The translations under genes were made by a program, and so were the position numbers. DNA of 64,000 nt from the human T2T-CHM13v2.0 reference genome, Homo sapiens, in assembly GCF_009914755.1 (NCBI RefSeq), contig NC_060929.1; one strand, 5' to 3'. Within the stretch, counting starts at the first letter, position 1; the number at the start of each line of letters is the position of its first letter. Below the pieces are notes generated by a model that saw nothing but the letters and a program-made list of their open reading frames with translations, made no database searches and was not told the origin of the DNA. Below are positions 1-13,190 of the stretch, one piece after another.

Positions 1-461
1 TATTGTTTTTTATTTGATTTTGGATAATATCATCATATAATTATTTCAAATTTCTGTAGACACGACTCTAAATCTTTTATTCTATAGTTTCTGGTTTAGG
101 TTTTTGTTGCATACTTAACTTGGCCTTTCGCAACTCCAAGTTCTAATAAATAAACTACTTTTTGTTCTTTTTCTGGATTTAACATTTAAATAGCTAATCC
201 CTCTGCAAATTGTGTGTGGGCGTGTGGGGAGGAGATGGAGAGTTTGACTTATTTTCTTTCCATCCCCTAGATTCTAATCTGCCTGGCTAGGCTCAGTTCT
301 TTTTTTTCTCTCTAAAAGAGAGATGAATTTTATAATTATGTTTTAGAAAACATATTCTTTTATACATTTTGAAAAGGTTATGTCATAGCCATAGATTCAT
401 TTGATTAAAAAAATAAAGATTTCACATTTTCATTTGTGTCAGATGTTTTTAAAAATCCTAA

Positions 462-885
462 TGTACAGGTTGGATTCACTGGGAAGCAGCCTCTGAAATA
501 CAGATGAACATCCTGGAAGTTTTTTAGGGAGTGATCACAGGACCAATACCTATGAATGGAGGGGAAGAGAGGAGAATCGGGCAGAGGAAGAAACGGGTTG
601 AGGTGCAGCCCCAGTGAGATCTCTGCTAACCCTACAGGGAGCAGACCTTATATCTAAAATGCCCCCTAAGAGCGTTCTAGAGTTGGTGTGAGGAGACAGA
701 GCCTATATACTACTGCATTAACCAGTCATTGTCAAGGCTGCCCAGAAGGCAGCAGGACCTTGGGCAAGGTGACTCTCAGCCAAGGCAATTCCTGAAGATC
801 TACCAGCCCAAAATGTTTTCGGCAGCCAGGGAAATGGAGTCCTTCTGTTCTGGAAGGGGATCTGGGAGGTGGAGCCCAACACCCT
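462..885 (-). mobile_element. ERVL LTR, LTR16-like (3' LTR of the adjacent internal segment)
   Basis: TGTACAGGTTGGATTCACTGGGAAGCAGCCTCTGA...ACCAGTCATTG...GGCTGCCC...TTGGGCAAGGTGACTCTCAGCCAAGGCAATTCC resembles the reverse complement of the LTR16 consensus. Confidence 0.7.
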
Positions 886-2170
886 TGAAAGCCCACTGTT
901 GTGGCCTCTCTGATAGGGTCACTACATGTGAGACCTGGGAGCAGCTCACCCAGGAGGCTGCTAGCATGTCCTCCTGGAAAAACTTAGCAGAGGAAATTTC
1001 CTGGAATGAACTACAGTCTCTGCCACTACAGCCAGCCTCAAATCTTCAAATGATGCTCATATCTTTCCCTTCTTTCCATACAAGGCTGTCATCACACTTG
1101 GACAGCATCTCTTCTGGTTTGCCTGGGCCATGAACCAGCTCCTGTCCCTGGAGGTCTGAGTCTGTGTTTATCATGCTCTTATCAGGGAATGGTTCCATTC
1201 ACTGCTAAAACTGGAGAAGAAAGTCCTAAGAAATACCCACGTGGATACCATGTGTCAAGCTTATTTCTCCCCGGCTCCATGGAGAGGTGACGGCACACCC
1301 TACTGAAGGCAGGGGCAGCTACCTTGCTGCAGCAGTAGGACCTCTTCTAGGTGGCCTGGCATGCCATGTGCACTGCAGCACCTCCCTTTCTATCAAGTGG
1401 GCCATTTAGTCTGATGTGGTGTCACAAGAAATGCCATACTGGGAATCAGTCATTCTGTAAGAGGGTTCCCTTCCTTTGGCACAAGCAGTCTGAACTGCCC
1501 ACGTGGTGACTGGAGTTTTGCATTCAGTGGAATTCTGAGTGTATCCTTTGGAAATCAGGACTTCTAAAATCCACAGAAATCTCAACTGTCTAGATGAAAA
1601 TCACACATTCACAAGTGGATATGATGACTGAAGAGGCCACTTCTGCTGAAACCTAATGATTTTATATGTTGGAAATGTAGCACATGAAATGGTCATTGAC
1701 TTAGCACCTACACTGAATTTTAAAAAATGACCCCTCATCCTCACAGGACATCACCTCTGAGCTGGCCCAGCAGATGTATCTTCGTAGGCTGTCCCATTAT
1801 TCTGGACTGGACGCTTCTGATGGTGTGATGTGTGGTGAGATTAGTGCTGTGGTCACGTCCCCACCGTCACGTCTCCGTTTTTATAAAGTGGGTCCCTGGG
1901 TATGACGTGATGTCACATGAAATGCCTTATTATGCACCAAACATTCTGTAAACCCCCAGAGCAACAGAATACTGTGCTGAGGCCCCAAAACAGAAAGGAA
2001 AGCTCACCACCAGAATGTGCCTTTTCCTTATCAAAAAGAATTGCTGCCCCTTACAGGACAGGAGGACTCCAATTGTGACCAAGTTGGAGCAGCCTTGAGC
2101 CACAACTCAGACTTATTTTCATTCTCTGCTCATTGGCCATTAGGAACCCGATCCTTATGGTATGTTCACA
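886..2170 (-). mobile_element. Degenerate ERVL internal sequence (ERV3-16A3-like)
   Basis: GC-richer block contiguous with the LTR16-like LTR, with ERVL-internal-like composition and no intact ORF; boundaries approximate. Confidence 0.45.
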
Positions 2171-2179
2171 CTGTCTCCA

Positions 2180-2498
<319 letters not shown>

Positions 2499-3935
2499 TC
2501 ACAACTCATTCACAGAAATAATGCTAACTTTTATGGTCGATGCATGATGTATACCCTTTTTTGGTAAAAATGTTGTAATTGTAAACATATTTTCCTATCT
2601 TGATGGATATTTGTTATAAGCAGTGTCAAACATTTCATGGAAAGAGGTGTTATATACATATTATACATAAATTCATGAACTTCTTTATCTTTCTTTCCTC
2701 TGACATTAGATGTTTAGAATTTTTTAAATTGTTTGCTCTCATTGGTAATGCCACCAGGGAAGCTTGGTTCATCACATCTGGGAGAACAGATCCTTTTTAT
2801 AAATGCCTAAGAGATGTTTTGAATGATTCAAGTTTTGACTGTCTTTAGAGCTTTCCCCATATGTTGCCATATGGATTTCAAAAGGTTAAATTTTTACATG
2901 TATAAAATTATTTAATACATGCTCTATTATATTTTAACATAATAAATATATGAAATACTTTTTTTACATTTTTTAAGTTAACTACTTTAATAAATTTATC
3001 ATGGTAGTTTTTAGCTGATGCATACAGATTGCCAGGCTATTTAATCAGTTAATCTGAAAATAATTATAGATCAAGTTTCTTAATTCCAGCTTTATTGTAA
3101 ATATAAAACACACTTGATATTTACTAAAAAAGTAAAATGTAGATTGTGAAGTCATCTTATATAATCACAAGTCAATAGGAGTCAAATTAACAAGATTCTG
3201 TATTTATAGATTATAAAGAATAAGAGTTTATAAAGGAACCTAGTTTCTTTTTGCTTACACAGCATCACCCAGCCCTCCACCTGCACCACTGGAGGGATGG
3301 CAGGTGTGGAGGTTGGGCTGGTGCTGGTGATGGAGTGAGATACTGGAACAGTGTCTGCTCTCTTTGTACAGCAGCAAGGATTGGAGTGAACAGTGCTGTC
3401 TTGTAGCCCCAAGAGTTTATGGGAATTTTCAGCTTCTCCTATTTTTATCATTCTGATCGAATGTCAATAAATTCATACAAGTAAAAGAATAAAAAATAAA
3501 ACCCTCATATTTCCTTATTTGTCAAGATATGAAATTAGTTCTAGTGAATCAAGAACACTAATATTTTGGCTACTTAATTATATCTATGAGTAGATGCTAA
3601 GTTTAATTTTAAAGGGATCTATAATAGAAAAAAATACATTGTGATTCTTTATTATGACTTCCTTTCTAGATCATAAAATCCTTTTGAGTCTACCTTCAAA
3701 AATATTTAGCTCACCTCCCTCTCTTCCACCACCACGGGGCTGTCACATGTCCTGTGAGGCAGTCACTTTGCCTTCACCCGTTGGATGACCTGCCACCCAA
3801 TCCTGCTCTCTTCCCACAGAATTATCTTCCAAAAATGCAACTCACTTTATGTCAGGCTCCTGCTTAATAAACCTTTGCTACCTCTCCCTCAGGATGAAGT
3901 CCTAATTTCTCATCACCTTATAAAAAATGATTACA

Positions 3936-4236
<301 letters not shown>

Positions 4237-4304
4237 TTACAATTTGGCCACAATCAGCATTTTTTTTTTAACCTCACTCTTCCCATATAATTTATGCCCT
4301 AGCC

Positions 4305-4636
<332 letters not shown>

Positions 4637-5712
4637 ATTTACACCCTAGCTAAGACCAACAAAATGCAGTTAGCTGATAGATAGATGCGCATTGAATGAC
4701 AGGGCAGTATGAGGTGATGCATCCTAACTCAATTTGATCTCTGAAACGAATTTCTAGCTCAGAAAACGAAATATAGAATTAATCACAGTAAAAAGTGGGA
4801 AAATTCTTTTATATAAAACATTAGATTTGGAAAGGCAAAATACGAAGAACAAAATAAAAATATAAGCCAATGTAAATGTAACCGCATTCACTTTTATTAA
4901 ACTCTGCTCAGAAACTAAAACTGAATCTTGATGGATTATGTCATAAATCCATGAAAACTGAGCTTTTCAGAATCAAGAGCTTTCACCCTGGTCTCCATCC
5001 TCACCCCTGTTGTCTGTATCATACCTTTTCCCGCTGCCGCCTTCTTTTTCCAATTTTCACTCCAAGTATTTCTTCAAAAATCAAAAAAATTACCCATTTT
5101 CCAAGGGATCCCCATGTTAGCTTTTAGTTTCATTCCTTTGAACCCCTAAGAAACTCTTCTCTATTCCTATCACTATCCAAAGCCTGTAAAAGTTGGTCTT
5201 ACAGTACACTGTTGGTTTGGGAAAAAATCTTTTAGAATTCTTGGACCTTTGAAGGGAGTATGTGTAGTATAGGTTTTCTTTTTCCCTCTTGGTTTTGAGA
5301 GAAAGCTAAAAAGATAGGGAATGGGTAGAAATTAAACAATGGCTTCAATAAACGGGGAAAACAAAAGTGAAAACAAAAACACTAAAAAATAGAAAAAACA
5401 AAAGTCTGCAAACAGCTTCCATGTCTGCTTCTCTGTTTCTTAGTGTTTGTAACATTTGAGTCAAAACAAACCTGTGGGTTCAGTGTTTCTCTGAGCAGGT
5501 AGGAGGTTGTCAGCCTAAAAGAGTCAGATTGAAGCTTTCATTCATGAACCTTCACATCTGATCAACTTTCCAATCTCAATTCATCAGCTAAACTGTTCAC
5601 TATGCAGAAAATCCTTCGCTCTGAAGCCTTAGGGACAAGGTCAGTTTTTTGGCAGAAACCAACTTTTTAATATATAGCTATTATATATATTGGCTATATA
5701 TTCTGCCTACAA

Positions 5713-6203
5713 CATAGGCAGAATAATGGTCCCTAATAGTGTGCACATTCTAATTTCCAGAACTTGTGATTACATTACCTTATATGACAAAAAAGACTTT
5801 GCAGATGTGACTAAAGTTAAGGACTTTGAGATGGGAAGATCATCCTGGAGTATTCAGTTGAGCCTTAATCTAATCATTTGGATCATTAAAAGTGGAGAAC
5901 TTTTCTCAAATAGGATCAGAGAAAAAGATGGTCAATGGAAGCAGGGCCAGGGAAATGCTACATAGCTGAGTAAGACGATAGAGGAAGGGGCTGTGAGCCA
6001 AGCAATCTGGACCACTGCTAGAAGCTGAAAAACGCAAAGTGGCTGATGCTGTCCTGGATCCTCCAGAAAACATCAGTGACATTTTTATTTTTGCATAGTG
6101 AGACTCATATCAGACTTAAAGACCTGTATGGTAATAAATTTGTATTGTTTCAAGGCACTGAATTTTTTGCAATTTGTTATGATAGCAGCAGAAAAGTAAT
6201 GCA
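5713..6203 (+). mobile_element. MaLR LTR, MLT1D-like
   Basis: GGCAGAATAATGG...GACTTTGCAGATGTGACTAAAGTTAAGGACTTTGAGATGGGAAG...AATAAATTTGTATTGTTT...TTTGTTATGATAGCAGCAGAAAA. Confidence 0.85.
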
Positions 6204-6276
6204 CCATAGTTCACTTTCGAGTTTTTTTAATTATGATTTTTTTACAGATGTTGTTGCTATGATTTTTCTTTTTAAG

Positions 6277-6405
6277 ACCTGCAGTGACCTGCTGCTACCA
6301 GAACTGACTCGCTTCAAAGTGACGGATGAAACCCATATGGAGATATTCCTGGGGTGGGTAGGCCAGTTGGAAGACAGAGTGTTTACACCTGAGAGAGGAC
6401 TTGAG
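6277..6405 (+). other. Candidate internal exon (129 nt)
   Basis: Acceptor GATTTTTCTTTTTAAG| (alternative TTTTTTTACAG| before 6248) and consensus donor GAG|GTGAGT; apparently non-repeat sequence; no transcript evidence available. Confidence 0.35.
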
Positions 6406-6502
6406 GTGAGTTGAGTATAGGGCTTGATTATGAGTTTAATATCTACTTCTCTCACTGGACTGCTCCATCAATGAGGGCAGGTTTATCTGTCATGTTCCCC
6501 TG

Positions 6503-6927
6503 TGCTATGTTTTTTTTTTGTCCCTACCTAAGCTCATGTTGAAATTTAATCCCCAGCGTGATGGTATTAGGAGGAAGGTATTAGTGGAAGATGTTTGAGT
6601 CACGGGAAAAGATCCCTTGTGAATGACTCGGTGCTGTTCAAATGGTAGTGAGTTTTCCATCTCACGAGATGAATTGGTCCTTAAAGGAATGGATGAGTTC
6701 CCTTGAGAGTGGGTTGTTATGAATCCAGGACACTCTCAGGTTTGGTCCCTTTCAAGTGCCTGATTCTTCTTTGACCTTCTCACTAGGTTTGGTGCAGCAC
6801 AGGAGCCCCCACCAGAAGCTGAGCAGAGGTACAGCCTACAGAACCATGAGCAAAATAAACCTCTTTTCTTTATAAATCACCCAGCCTCAGATATTTCTTT
6901 GTAGCAACACAGAAAGGAAAAAGACAC
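6503..6927 (+). mobile_element. MaLR LTR, MST family (MSTB-like)
   Basis: TGCTATG...CTCATGTTGAAATTTAATCCCCAG...AATAAACCTCTTTTCTTTATAAATCACCCAGCCTCAG...AAGACA. Confidence 0.85.
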
Positions 6928-6959
6928 CCTGGATGCTCAGTTCTTGGAGAAGCACGGGT

Positions 6960-7130
6960 ATTTTGCCAAAGTGCTTAAGAGCAGGCCTCCGGATGTCTGA
7001 CTACCTAGGTTCAAATTCCAGCTGGGTGGCTTCCAAGCTGTGTGCCATGTGCCTTTGGGCAGGTAAGTCAATGCACCTCCTGTGCCTCTGTGGGGCCAGC
7101 AGCAGTACTTCATAAAGGATAGCTTGCTGA
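6960..7130 (+). mobile_element. MIR fragment
   Basis: GTGCTTAAGAGC...CTAGGTTCAAATTCCAGC...TGGGCAGGTAAGTC...CTGTGCCTC, similar to the MIR core. Confidence 0.55.
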
Positions 7131-7149
7131 ATTAAGTATATTATGGTCA

Positions 7150-9230
7150 TGTTTCAACTAACATGTACCTAATATGTGCTAGGTTCTCCTCTGGGCACCC
7201 TGGAACCATCAGTGAACAACAACAAAAAAGAATCCTCTGTCCTCTTAGAGCTTACATTCTAGTGTGAGAACACAAATAATAAATATACTAAATGACAAAT
7301 AGAAAAACAAAATAAGGCAAGGAAAAGAAATAGTATCAAAGGCAGCTGGTCATGATTTTTAAAATATACTGACTATGTGTATTAGCTGGTTCTCACACTG
7401 CTAATAAAGACATACCTGAGACCGGGTAATTTATAAAGGAAAGAGGTTTAATTGACTCACAGTTTGGCATGGCTGGGGAGGCCTCAGGAAACTTACAATC
7501 ATGGCAGAAGGGGAAGCAAACACATCCTTCTTCACATGGCACCAGCAAGAAGAAGTATGAGTGAAGCAAGGGGAATGTCCCTTATAAAACCATCAGATCT
7601 TGTAAGAACTCACTCACTGTCATGAGAACAGCATGGGGGAAACCACCCCCATGATTCAATTACTTTCTATAGGGTCCCTCCCATGACACGTGGGGATTAT
7701 GGGAACCACAATTCAGAATGGGATTTGGGTGGGGGATTTTGGCCAAACCATATCACCAGGGTAGGCTTTATTAAGAAGGACATTTTGAAAACGCTTAAAG
7801 GTGGTGGGAGAATTAGTCATTTCTGTATCTATGGCAAGGACTTTCTCAGCAGAAAGAGCATCTGGACAAAGGCCCCGAGGCTGGAGGAAGCCTAGTGGAA
7901 TGGAAGACGGTGGCCAGAACATCTGGAGTAGAGAGAACTGGGAGAAATTTGGTAGTGAAGAAAATAATGTGGGGCTAGATTATGTGGAGTCTAGCAAGCC
8001 ATTTTAGAAGAAGAAGGAAGGTTTTCAGCAGTAAGGGATACCAGGAAGAGACATTTACAATGAGCCACTCTGGCTTCTATATCTAGGACAGACTCCAGAG
8101 GATGTGGGGTAGGGTCAGGGTCAGGAAAGTAAACACCAAATCCAAGGCCACTGGGAAACAGGGGCATGAGATTGTGGTCCCTCAGAATAAAGTGGTAGTC
8201 CTGGAGATGGTAAGAAATAATAAGATTGCTGGACAAGTTTAAAATAAAGCCAAAACAATTCCCTCACTCTAAGGATATGGAATGTTCAAGAGTGATAACA
8301 GATGAGAATGACCCCAGGTTTGGGGGAGGCAAAACATTGGTAGAGCAGGGCAGCTAACAGCTGAGAAGGGAAGGCTGGGAATGGGCTCAGTGTTGAATGT
8401 GTGGAGAATCCAATGTGGGTAAAGCACCAGTGGAGATGTCGAAAAGACAGTTGGACAAAGGAGGAAATGTCAGGAGGCCGCAGTGTGGACTATGAACTTG
8501 GGCATCAGCGTGTGAATGGTATTTGAAGCTGTGAGACTGCATAAGGTCACAAGAGGAATGTGTGTGGACAGAGAGGAGAGGAAGACTGAGCTCTGAGCCA
8601 TAAAAAGTAAAAAATCAGAGGGGAAAGAAAGGAAAATTTGTTATGAGAAAAACCACAGGAGTGTGGTATTGTGGAATCTAAGAGAAGACATGAATCAAGA
8701 GAGAGGAAGGGGTCAGCTGGGTGGAATGTAACTGGTCCCATTGGGTTTAGCGACACAAAGATCTTCCACAATGTGTTTGTGGAGTATAGAGGACAGAAGC
8801 GGGTGGAGTGAGGTTAAAAGACAAGAGAGGGAGAGGAAATGGAGTTAGTGAGTATAGATAACTCTTGACAGCTTTATTGAAAATGGGAGCAAAGAAATAG
8901 GTGATTGCAGGCAGAAGAAATGGGGTTAGGAGAAGGGTCATCAAAATTGGGAGAAATGACAGCATGCTTTTGTATAGATGGTGATAATCCAGTGAAGAGG
9001 AGAAACTTGGCAATATGGGAGAAAGTGGAGAAAGCTCTGGGGGCCGTGCCCTGGAGTCAGGGGAAAACAGAAGGGTGGCACACATCGCTGGAGAAGCTTG
9101 CTTTGGTGGGAGCACGGACGGGGCATCCGGGGAAGAGGTATAAAGGGGAAGAAAGTGGAGACAGGTGCTGGCAGATGAAGAGCTAAGAGGAGGGAGTTTG
9201 GGGCATTATTTTCTTATTGTTCCTATTTCT
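7150..9230 (-). mobile_element. L2 LINE 3' region, interrupted by THE1
   Basis: TATGTGCTAGG...CAGTGAACAAC...GAGCTTACATTCTAGTG, then AGTGGAGATGTC...CAGTTGGA, typical of antisense L2. Confidence 0.75.
7378..7755 (-). mobile_element. THE1 (C/D-like) solo LTR
   Basis: TGTATTAG...CTGCTAATAAAGACATACCTGAGAC...GGAGGCCTCAGGAAACTTACAATCATGG...CCAAACCATATCA. Confidence 0.92.
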
Positions 9231-10869
9231 CAGGGAGGGGGAAGCCAGGTCACATGGGGAGGAGGTGGACAGCAGTGGCCGGTGCTCAGCAAGGCTCCAG
9301 GGTGCTGATGCTTCGACAAGCCATAGGTCGGAACCCTAGAAGGCAAGCAAAGCTGCCTGTTGAATTATTGAAGAAATGCATGTGATAAATCTTATTTGTG
9401 AGAACCGAAATACTAATTTTTATAGTTCTATGAGCTTCGGCTAAATTTTTTGTTAAGTTACGGTCACAATAATGTGTTTTATGTTTCATTTCAATGTACA
9501 CTGTAAAGAATTGTGATAGCACATAATCAGGCCTATTTTAGCAGAAAAATTGAAGTGGTAAGTATGCTAATAGTCTCAAAACAAGAATATATGAACTTTT
9601 CTCTGAACTGTATTATAATGAAGATGAGGTAAGGAAAGGGAAAGCTCTCTCTCGTGACCAAAAGAGGCATGAATTTGGTGTCTATACTAAAACCTGGGCC
9701 CTTGTTGCTCAAATTATTTTTGAAAATAGATAAAGTATGATAAAAAGAGAAAACCAAATAAGAGGACAGAAATAGAGAGATCATAATTTTAAAACAAAGC
9801 AACTTTCAGCATGAGCAAGGCAAGCTGAGAATAAATAAAAAGAAGCTACTTCAGAGTAGAAAATCAGATTACAGAGCTCATGACTCCAAGATTTTTACCA
9901 GTAAGAAGGGCAAAAAAAATAAAACTGGTTTGAGTAAAAAATAAAAAGCATAAATGAACCTCAGAGGTCAATGTCAGGCCAAGTAAAAAGGTTATTTCAT
10001 AGAAATCCCAGGAAACTCTTGTTGGCAACAGAATGGTGGGCTTCTTGGACCCAGCTTCTGACTAGAAAGGCAACTTTTCTCTCTTGGTTTAAACCTCAGC
10101 TATCTAGGTTATAGAACCTGTGTCAGAGAGTAAGGGTCATGCACTTGATATTAATGATTGCATAGATGGGCTTGTTTTTTTACCATGAAAATATGGAATT
10201 CATTTTCTCACCTTGCTTAAAAGTTCTGAGTACTTTAAACCCAGTAACTGACCAATCTCTGGATTGTCTTCATGGGATTCTTACTCAGAGCTTCTCTGAG
10301 CTGGCAAACAGACGCTTCAACCATGGATGTCTGAGGAATTATAGAATTCTACCTTGTGAATGGAAAATTGAATAACTCAGGGTTCTGAACTTGAACTTCA
10401 AACACCCTTGAGAAAAGTGACCAGTCTGAAAAAGAATGTAATCTAAATTCCCATGCTTCAATGGAAATATGCCCTCTGGGAAAGTTCAATGAGGACTAAC
10501 TGGTTTTCTACAATGAACTTCAGTTTATAAATGCATTCTAAATTTGTCTATCACCCTGGGATTCTTGTAATACAAGACAGCAAAACAGCAGGATGCCTTC
10601 TGCCTCTCTCCTCTGTGGTGGTTGTAAAGGACAACTGACATCCCTTACCACTACTTGGGATCATGCCAGGAAGGGTCCAGAAATAGCATTTATGCTAAAG
10701 GCAATGGCTCTGAATTCATCAGCCCAGCTTGGATTTGCAATCCTTCTGTACATTTGGAGTAACAACTACCTTATTCACATGCATATATATGTTTGATGGA
10801 TATAAATAGATGACATAGATATAGACATAAACAGGTATCTGTGGGTCTATTTATTAATTTTAAAAGAAA

Positions 10870-10927
10870 CATTGTATTGCATACTTGCAATTTGCCAAAA
10901 AAGTAGATTTTAGATACTCTTACCACA

Positions 10928-10964
<37 letters not shown>

Positions 10965-11265
10965 GGAGGGAGGGAGGAAGAAAGAAGGCAGGGAGGGAGG
11001 GAGGAGGGAGGAAGGAAGGAAGGAAGAAAGGAAGGAAGGAAGGGAGGGGAAGGGAAGGGAAGGAGGGAAGGGAGGGGAAGGACGGAAGGAAAGGGAAGGA
11101 GGGAAGGGTAGGATGGAAGGGAAGGGAAGCAGGGAGAGAGGGTATACTTATCTTGATGTGTATATATCAAGATATGTATATCAAAATATATACCTATATA
11201 TATCAAGATGATTGTATCAGAACAACATGATGTACACCTTAAATATATATAATTTTAAAAACATA
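10870..11265 (+). mobile_element. Old L1 (L1MA/MB-like) 3' end, split by a purine-rich repeat
   Basis: ATTGTATTGCATACTTGCAATTTGCC...AGTAGATTTTAG...CACAAAAA and CATGATGTACACCTTAAATATATATAATTTT. Confidence 0.65.
10927..11142 (+). repeat. GA-rich polypurine low-complexity tract ((GAAA)n/(GGAA)n/(GGGAA)n)
   Basis: About 215 nt that are almost entirely purine. Confidence 0.95.
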
Positions 11266-11289
11266 CAAAGATAAATATTTAATTGCTAT

Positions 11290-12110
11290 TTCATTTATTT
11301 ATTTATTAACTTTTAAGTACAGGGTACATGTGCAGTTTTGTGACATAGGTAAACCTGTGTCATGGGGGTTTATTCTATAGATTATTACATGACCCAGGTA
11401 TTAAGCCTAATACCCACTAGTTATTTTTCCGGATCCTCTCCCTCCTCCCACTTTCCATCCTCTGATAGGCTCCAGTGTGTGTTGTTCTCCTCTACATGTT
11501 CATGTGTTCTCATCATTTAGCTCCCACTTATAAATAAGAACATCTGGTATTTGCTTTTCTGTCCTTGCGTTAGTTTGCTAAGAATAATGGCCTCTAGCTC
11601 CATCCAAGTTCTGGCAAAGGACATGATCTCATCCCTTTTATGGCCTCACAGTATTCCATGTATTCCATAGTATTCCGTGTATATGTACCACTTTCTTTAT
11701 CCAATTTATCATTGATGGATATTTAAGTTGATTCTATGTCTTTTCTATTGTGAACAGTACTGCAATGAACATACGCATGCATGTATCTTGATAATAGAAC
11801 AATTTGGATTCCTTTGGGTATATACCTGGTAATGGGATTTCTGGATCAAATGGTATTTCTGTCTCTAGGTCTTTGAGGAATCGCCACACTGTCTTCCACA
11901 ATGGTTGAACTAATTTACATTCCCACCAACAGTGTATATGCATTTTGTTTTCTCTACAACGTCACCAGCATCTGTTATTTTTTTACTTTTAACACTAGCC
12001 ATTCTGACTGGTGTGAAATGGTTCTCATTGTGGTTTTGATTTGCATTTGTCTAATGGTCAGTGACGTTAAGCATTTTTTCATATGACTGTTGGCCATATG
12101 TATGTCTTCT
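11290..12110 (-). mobile_element. 5'-truncated L1PA (older PA subfamily): 3' UTR plus ORF2 C-terminus
   Basis: ORF 11734-11943(-) CWWECKLVQPLWKTVWRFLKDL...IPFDPEIPLPGIYPKE matches the L1 ORF2p C-terminal region; GGGTACATGTGCAG 3' UTR; T-rich tail near 11290. Confidence 0.93.
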
Positions 12111-13029
12111 TTAGATAGTTCAAATAGTTGATGAGGATTACCTAGGAATTTAAAATATGCTTGATATCTCTTTCCAAACCTGCTAAAATATTTATTTTCA
12201 AATGGCAGCTTTCCATGTCACTGCATGGGCATCTGGTCCTGCTCTCTGGGCTCATGTGTATCTGGCTACATACCAGTGAGAAGCATGAGTGACCTGAATT
12301 CTGCATTAGAACACTTTTCTTATCTTTTAATAGCTTTGCTACAATTTTCTAAACATAACTCAGTGATCCTCTATTCAGAGTTTAATTTTATCACTGGATT
12401 TAGAATTTAGAGAAATAAATGCTCCATAATCATTGCAGTATCCTATGTCCCTGATAGAATAAAGAAAACTGCTCACATGACAGCAATGGTATTGTTAAAA
12501 TTTAAATGAACTTTCAGAGGTTCATGGTATGATTATAGGTATGAGTGGAGGATTATGTATAAAATTATCCATGCATTAATTTTTCATCCATCCATCTTGC
12601 ATACATGTATATACAAATATGTATTTATGCATATATACATATATATCTGTGCATGTATGTTGGTAAATATACATGTTTCTGTCCTTTGCTCTGTCTCTCT
12701 TTCTGTCCTTTTATTCTGCTTAATAATCACATGATAAAATTTCTGTATAGCTGCTCAAAGAGATCAGGTTATTCAAAAATCTCTAAGCAGTTGTGAAACC
12801 CAAGGGACATGAACAGAATCCTGCACCGCAGAACCAAGTAATCTCTGTATTCAGGTTATTTGGAAGAGTCCTGCAAACCAAAGTAGAGTTCATAGGAAAA
12901 GCCTATTGAGGCTAATTACCTTGATGGAAACTGATAAGTAATTGCTCATCTCATATAATCCGTTCATTTCATTTCAATTCATCTCATTTGTTCTTCACAA
13001 AAACCGACACTTGAGGATACCAGGTTTGA

Positions 13030-13190
13030 GACTGTGCTCCTCTACCTCTGAGCCTTGGTTTCCTCATCTACAAAACAGCAGTAGCAATCATTCTCTTGCC
13101 AAGATATGAGAGAGGATGCAATGAGGTGATGAGAGCAGAGTACCTTTTTTAGTACCGTCAATGATACTAGTGCTGCTTGCTATTAGTCAA
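13030..13190 (+). mobile_element. MIR fragment
   Basis: CTCTGAGCCTTGGTTTCCTCATCTACAAAA, MIR core. Confidence 0.6.

Noticed and set aside
729-1133. 134-aa plus-strand ORF
   Set aside because: It starts at TTG and lies antisense across an ERVL LTR/internal junction; no recognisable domain
8547-9186. Overlapping 60-120 aa ORFs
   Set aside because: They fall within purine-skewed L2 sequence, so compositional bias explains the open frames
10885-11211. Arg/Glu/Gly/Lys-rich and Pro/Ser/Leu-rich ORFs
   Set aside because: Translation of a GA-rich simple repeat
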